Of a DNA stretch of 41,409 nucleotides, positions 36,688 through 41,409 are shown one piece after another. Position numbers and translations under genes: made by a program. The DNA comes from a virus, in UHGV virus genome UHGV-0177896; one strand, given 5' to 3'. Position 1 is the stretch's first letter, and the number at the start of each line of letters is the position of its first letter. The notes beneath the pieces are model-generated. The model saw nothing but the letters and a program-made list of their open reading frames with translations. It was not told the DNA's origin and ran no database searches.

Positions 36688-37083
36688 AGGAATACCTTAT
36701 TACTGGTTGTGTGAGAACTCCAGTATACCACCGAGCCTGAAGTGGTAAAAAGACAGGCGCACAACACGAAGGCGCATTTCCGGTATTCATAAAGAGTCGG
36801 TCTTGTCTGTTAAATTTAAATGGTGGGAGTGCGCCTCCGGTTGTAAATAACGACAATTGCTATGTGTAGTCTTTGGCGGCATCAGTTCTACTCCGTGGCT
36901 GCCCTGCCGCCCCTTTTTAAAGTGAATTTTGTGATGCGGTGAATGCGGCTAAGCGCACGCAGCACAGTTAAAAGCATCAGTGTTATGGGTGGATTATCCG
37001 GCGTTAATTGTTAACTGGTTAACGTCACCTGGAGGCACCAGGCACCGCATCGACAAAATTCATTTGTAAAAATGGAGATAATT

Positions 37084-37305
37084 ATGATTGCTCATCACTT
37101 CGGAACTGATGAAATACCACGTCAGTGTGTGACCCCTGGCGATTATGTTCTTCATGAAGGTCGGACATATATCGCCTCGGCAAACAATATTAAAAAGCGA
37201 AAACTTTATATTCGTAGCCTGACTACAAAAACATGCATTTCTGACTGCATGATTAGAGTCTTCCTCGGTCGTGATGGTTTACCTGTAAAGGCGGAGTCAT
37301 GGTAA
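37084..37305 (+). CDS. kilR: KilR-like cell-division inhibitor (73 aa)
   Basis: [46 protein letters not shown]... matches my recollection of Rac KilR. ATG at 37084 with GGAG 6 nt upstream. Confidence 0.6.
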   Translation: MIAHHFGTDEIPRQCVTPGDYVLHEGRTYIASANNIKKRKLYIRSLTTKTCISDCMIRVFLGRDGLPVKAESW

Positions 37306-37475
37306 TGACTAAGAAAATAAAATGTGCTTATCACCTTTGCAATAAAGAAATTGAAGAAAGCAAAATCATTACAAGACCACTTCATTTCATGCGTGGAGTT
37401 ATACCAACGACGGAAATGAAAAAATATTGTAGTGAAATCTGTGCCGAAAAAGACCAGATGGCACACGAACTTTAA
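37305..37475 (+). CDS. ydaE: YdaE-like small Cys-rich (zinc-binding) protein (56 aa)
   Basis: Hand-translated: [56 protein letters not shown]. Four Cys in a C-x4-C...C-x3-C pattern. Below ORF-track cutoff. Confidence 0.5.
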   Translation: MTKKIKCAYHLCNKEIEESKIITRPLHFMRGVIPTTEMKKYCSEICAEKDQMAHEL

Positions 37476-37549
37476 TTAACTGACTATCCGAAACTGAATT
37501 TATGCCAGCAATGGCAGGGATTCGCTCAACCTTAATTAAGGAGAAAAAC

Positions 37550-37825
37550 ATGATTACCAGTTATGAAGCCACTGTTGTTACTACTGATGACATTGTTCAC
37601 GAAGTTACCCTGGAAGGAAAGCGTATTGGCTACGTGATTAAGACAGAAAATAAAGAAACCCCATTCACTGTGGTTGATATCGACGGTCCATCAGGCAACG
37701 TTAAAACACTTAACGATGGTGTTAAAAAAATGTGTCTGGTGCACATAGGAAAGAATCTGCCCGCAGAAAAAAAAGCCGAATTTCTGGCAACTCTGATTGC
37801 AATGAAATTAAAAGGTGAAATCTGA
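37550..37825 (+). CDS. racC: RacC-like protein (91 aa)
   Basis: ATG at 37550 (MITSYEATVVTTDDIVHEV...) with a TAAGGAG SD. Immediately upstream of recE, as in Rac. Confidence 0.6.
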   Translation: MITSYEATVVTTDDIVHEVTLEGKRIGYVIKTENKETPFTVVDIDGPSGNVKTLNDGVKKMCLVHIGKNLPAEKKAEFLATLIAMKLKGEI

Positions 37826-37923
37826 AAAAAGAAAGCCTGCACACTGTGCAGGCCTGAGTGAAGAACCTGGGACATTTATTCATCACTCGCATTAATTTTA
37901 ATCTGAGTTGAGGTTAAAAAACA

Positions 37924-40557
37924 ATGAGCACCGATAAACAAGTTTACCCACTGTATTACGAAGCAAAAAATGACAAAGTAAGAAAACGTCTCGGTATTAA
38001 AGGCGGTTTCTACTGGGCTGAAGCGAAAAAATTATCCATTGCCATCTCCCGTGGTGCTGTTGCGATTGACGATGCTGGCTACGATGAAGATGACTTTAAA
38101 AAACCTGTTCGCGTCAATTTGCCCGTTGTTGATGACCTTCCACCAGAAGGCGTATTTGATACGGAATTCTGCAACCGTTACGAAAAAGGCGGGGAAGATG
38201 GCATCACAATGGTATTTATCGCGCCCTCATCCTCTGCGCAGGACAAACCAGCCAGCACTGACAATACCAATGTTAATGGCGAAGACATGACGGAGATTGA
38301 GGAGAATATGCTACTCCCGATTTCCGGTCAGGAGCTGCCCATTCGCTGGCTTGCTCAACACGGCAGCGAAAAACCGGTAACGCACGTTTCACGCGACGAA
38401 CTACAGGCATTACACATTGCACGAGCTGAAGAACTACCAGCTGTTACTGCCCTGGCTGTTTCCCACAAAACCAGCCTGCTCGACCCGCTGGAAATTCGCG
38501 ATCTCCACAAACTGGTGCGTGATACTGACAGAGTTTTCCCTAATCCAGGCAATTCAAGCCTGGGGCTGATGACTGCTTTTTTCGAAGCATACCTGGACGC
38601 AGACTACACCGATCGCGGTCTGCTGACAAAAGAGTGGATGAAAGGAAATCGTGTTTCACGCATCACGCGCACGGCTTCCGGCGCTAATGCTGGCGGCGGG
38701 AACCTCACCGATCGCGGCGAAGGTTTCGTTCACGATCTGACGTCACTGGCGCGCGACGTAGCCACTGGCGTACTGGCTCGTTCAATGGACGTGGACATTT
38801 ATAACCTTCATCCGGCACACGCTAAACGTGTCGAGGAAATTATCGCTGAAAATAAACCACCCTTTTCTGTTTTCCGCGACAAATTCATCACCATGCCTGG
38901 TGGGCTGGATTATTCCCGCGCCATCGTGGTTGCGTCCGTAAAAGAAGCACCAATTGGGATCGAGGTTATCCCCGCACACGTCACTGAATATCTGAACAAA
39001 GTACTGACTGAAACTGATCATGCCAACCCTGATCCAGAAATCGTGGATATTGCCTGCGGTCGTTCCTCTGCCCCGATGCCGCAGCGTGTAACAGAAGAAG
39101 AAAAACAGGATGATGAAGAAAAACTGCAACCATCTTGCGCAATGGCAGATGAACAGGCAACGGCTGAAACAGTGGAACCGGATGCAACTGAACATCATCA
39201 GGACACGCAGTCGCTGGATGCTCAGTCACAGGTAAATTCTGTTGATGCGAAATATCAGAAACTGCGGGCAGAACTCCATGAAGCCCGGAAAAACATTCCG
39301 CCCAAAAATCCTGTCGATGCAGACAAATTACTGGCTGCCTCTCGCGGAGAATTTGTTGAAGGGATTAGCGACCCGAACGATCCGAAATGGGTTAAGGGGA
39401 TCCAGACTCGCGATTCTGTGTACCAGAACCAGCCAGAAACGGAAAAAATCAGCCCGGATGCGAAACAACCTGAGCCAGTAGTGCAACAGGAACCGGAAAT
39501 AGTCTGCAATGCCTGCGGTCAGACTGGCGGGGATAACTGCCCTGACTGTGGTGCGGTGATGGGCGACGCAACATACCAGGAAACATTCGGTGAAGAGAAT
39601 CAGGTTGAAGCTAAGGAAAAAGATCCGGAGGAAATGGAAGGCGCTGAACATCCGCACAATGAGAATGCTGGCAGCGATCCGCATCGCGATTGCAGTGATG
39701 AAACTGGCGAAGTCGCAGATCCCGTAATCGTAGAAGACATAGAGCCAGGTATTTATTACGGAATTTCGAATGAGAATTACCACGCGGGTCCCGGTGTCAG
39801 TAAGTCTCAGCTCGATGACATTGCTGATACTCCGGCACTGTATTTGTGGCGTAAAAATGCCCCCGTGGACACTACAAAGACAAAAACGCTCGATTTAGGA
39901 ACCGCTTTCCACTGCCGGGTACTTGAACCGGAAGAATTCAGTAACCGCTTTATCGTAGCACCTGAATTTAACCGCCGTACAAACGCCGGAAAAGAAGAAG
40001 AGAAAGCGTTTCTGATGGAATGCGCAAGCACAGGAAAAACGGTTATCACTGCGGAAGAAGGCCGGAAAATTGAACTCATGTATCAAAGCGTTATGGCTTT
40101 GCCGCTGGGGCAATGGCTTGTTGAAAGCGCCGGACACGCTGAATCATCAATTTACTGGGAAGATCCGGAAACAGGAATTTTGTGTCGGTGCCGTCCGGAC
40201 AAAATTATTCCTGAATTTCACTGGATCATGGACGTGAAAACCACAGCGGATATTCAACGATTCAAAACGGCTTATTACGACTACCGCTATCACGTTCAGG
40301 ATGCATTCTACAGTGACGGTTATGAAGCACAGTTTGGCGTGCTGCCAACTTTCGTTTTTCTGGTTGCCAGCACAACTGTTGAATGCGGACGTTACCCGGT
40401 TGAGATTTTCATGATGGGCGAAGAAGCAAAACTGGCAGGCCAGCAGGAATATCACCGCAATCTGAGGACCCTGGCTGACTGCCTGAATACCGATGAATGG
40501 CCAGCTATTAAAACGTTATCACTGCCCCGCTGGGCTAAGGAGTATGCAAATGACTAA
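37924..40557 (+). CDS. recE: Exonuclease VIII (RecE), full length (877 aa)
   Basis: C-terminal domain matches the RecE nuclease region as I recall it ([25 protein letters not shown]...[22 protein letters not shown]). Followed by and overlapping recT. No internal stops. Confidence 0.85.
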   Translation: MSTDKQVYPLYYEAKNDKVRKRLGIKGGFYWAEAKKLSIAISRGAVAIDDAGYDEDDFKKPVRVNLPVVDDLPPEGVFDTEFCNRYEKGGEDGITMVFIAPSSSAQDKPASTDNTNVNGEDMTEIEENMLLPISGQELPIRWLAQHGSEKPVTHVSRDELQALHIARAEELPAVTALAVSHKTSLLDPLEIRDLHKLVRDTDRVFPNPGNSSLGLMTAFFEAYLDADYTDRGLLTKEWMKGNRVSRITRTASGANAGGGNLTDRGEGFVHDLTSLARDVATGVLARSMDVDIYNLHPAHAKRVEEIIAENKPPFSVFRDKFITMPGGLDYSRAIVVASVKEAPIGIEVIPAHVTEYLNKVLTETDHANPDPEIVDIACGRSSAPMPQRVTEEEKQDDEEKLQPSCAMADEQATAETVEPDATEHHQDTQSLDAQSQVNSVDAKYQKLRAELHEARKNIPPKNPVDADKLLAASRGEFVEGISDPNDPKWVKGIQTRDSVYQNQPETEKISPDAKQPEPVVQQEPEIVCNACGQTGGDNCPDCGAVMGDATYQETFGEENQVEAKEKDPEEMEGAEHPHNENAGSDPHRDCSDETGEVADPVIVEDIEPGIYYGISNENYHAGPGVSKSQLDDIADTPALYLWRKNAPVDTTKTKTLDLGTAFHCRVLEPEEFSNRFIVAPEFNRRTNAGKEEEKAFLMECASTGKTVITAEEGRKIELMYQSVMALPLGQWLVESAGHAESSIYWEDPETGILCRCRPDKIIPEFHWIMDVKTTADIQRFKTAYYDYRYHVQDAFYSDGYEAQFGVLPTFVFLVASTTVECGRYPVEIFMMGEEAKLAGQQEYHRNLRTLADCLNTDEWPAIKTLSLPRWAKEYAND

Positions 40558-41359
40558 GCAACCACCTATCGCAAAAGCCGATCTGCAAAAAACCCAGGGA
40601 AACCGTGCACCAGCAGCAGTAAAAAATAACGACGTGATCAGCTTTATTAATCAGCCATCAATGAAAGAGCAACTGGCAGCAGCTCTCCCACGCCATATGA
40701 CGGCTGAACGAATGATACGTATCGCCACCACAGAAATTCGTAAGGTTCCGGCGCTAGGAAACTGTGACACCATGAGTTTTGTCAGTGCGATCGTTCAGTG
40801 TTCACAGCTCGGCCTTGAGCCAGGTAGCGCCCTCGGCCACGCATATTTACTGCCTTTTGGTAATAAAAACGAAAAGAGCGGTAAAAAGAACGTTCAGCTA
40901 ATCATTGGTTATCGCGGCATGATTGATCTGGCTCGCCGTTCTGGTCAAATCGCCAGCCTGTCAGCCCGTGTTGTCCGTGAAGGTGACGAGTTTAGTTTTG
41001 AATTTGGCCTTGATGAAAAGTTAATACACCGCCCGGGAGAAAACGAAGATGCACCAGTGACCCACGTCTATGCTGTCGCAAGACTGAAAGACGGAGGGAC
41101 TCAGTTTGAAGTTATGACGCGCAAACAGATTGAACTGGTGCGCAGCCAGAGTAAGGCTGGTAATAACGGGCCATGGGTAACTCACTGGGAAGAAATGGCA
41201 AAAAAAACGGCTATTCGTCGCCTGTTTAAATACCTGCCTGTCTCAATTGAAATCCAGCGTGCAGTATCAATGGATGAAAAGGAACCACTGACAATCGATC
41301 CGGCAGACTCCTCTGTATTAACCGGGGAATACAGTGTAATCGATAATTCAGAAGAATAA
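40550..41359 (+). CDS. recT: RecT single-strand annealing protein (269 aa)
   Basis: ATG at 40550 ([29 protein letters not shown]...) with a TAAGGAG SD. Overlaps the recE stop by 8 nt. Matches RecT throughout as I recall it. Confidence 0.9.
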   Translation: MTKQPPIAKADLQKTQGNRAPAAVKNNDVISFINQPSMKEQLAAALPRHMTAERMIRIATTEIRKVPALGNCDTMSFVSAIVQCSQLGLEPGSALGHAYLLPFGNKNEKSGKKNVQLIIGYRGMIDLARRSGQIASLSARVVREGDEFSFEFGLDEKLIHRPGENEDAPVTHVYAVARLKDGGTQFEVMTRKQIELVRSQSKAGNNGPWVTHWEEMAKKTAIRRLFKYLPVSIEIQRAVSMDEKEPLTIDPADSSVLTGEYSVIDNSEE

Positions 41360-41409
41360 TTCAGCCTGGCGGTGTAATGCACCGCCAACGTGAGACAGTT
41401 TTTATGACA

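Noticed and set aside
37835-37853. Perfect 9-bp inverted repeat GCCTGCACA/TGTGCAGGC between racC and recE
   Set aside because: The loop is too short for a standard terminator and no T-tract follows on the plus strand. On the minus strand it would terminate nothing obvious. It may be an attenuator or binding site, but I could not support a call.
38039-40455. ORFs on both strands inside recE (for example 38039..38290, 38782..39198, 39328..39783, 40147..40455)
   Set aside because: All are embedded in the 877-codon recE frame and are short, without start context.
1-41409. Looked for tRNA genes, CRISPR arrays, integrase or IS elements
   Set aside because: No cloverleaf-like segment with flanking att-type repeats, no spaced direct-repeat array, and no transposase or tyrosine-integrase ORF was found. 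The only recombinase is the serine invertase; the integrase end presumably lies beyond 41409.

Overview
The window is almost entirely one large prophage on the minus strand, with a Rac-type early region and a contractile-tail (Mu/P2-like) structural module; only the first ~0.7 kb looks like host flank (a PPP-family Ser/Thr phosphatase, pphA-like). All calls rest on reading the ORF translations and DNA by eye; no database search was run, and family names are from memory of motifs and gene order. From high to low coordinates the phage runs: recT/recE/racC/ydaE/kilR (plus strand), an XRE repressor divergent from a Cro-like/YdaT-like/replication operon (DnaT-like and DnaC-like genes), a nin-like block of small genes, a hok-type type I toxin locus, Q antiterminator with a PR'-like promoter and tR' terminator, a low-GC membrane-protein gene, the lysis cassette (holin, endolysin, overlapping spanins), terminase, portal, head genes, sheath, tube, a chaperone with a -1 frameshift, tape measure, baseplate genes, tail fibre and a Pin-type invertase. 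No integrase, tRNA, CRISPR array or IS element was seen, and the far att site lies outside the window. Best candidates for an undescribed system are three cargo insertions: a low-GC three-gene cassette inside the baseplate operon (6989-8055), an antisense orphan gene between lysis and terminase with ADP-ribosyltransferase-like motifs (23468-24016), and the membrane protein sitting in the stx-equivalent slot after Q (26022-26591). Other direct observations include the Pin crossover sites of an invertible tail-fibre segment, three 19-bp palindromes in the replication gene, and a 23-bp junction repeat present three times in the nin-like region.
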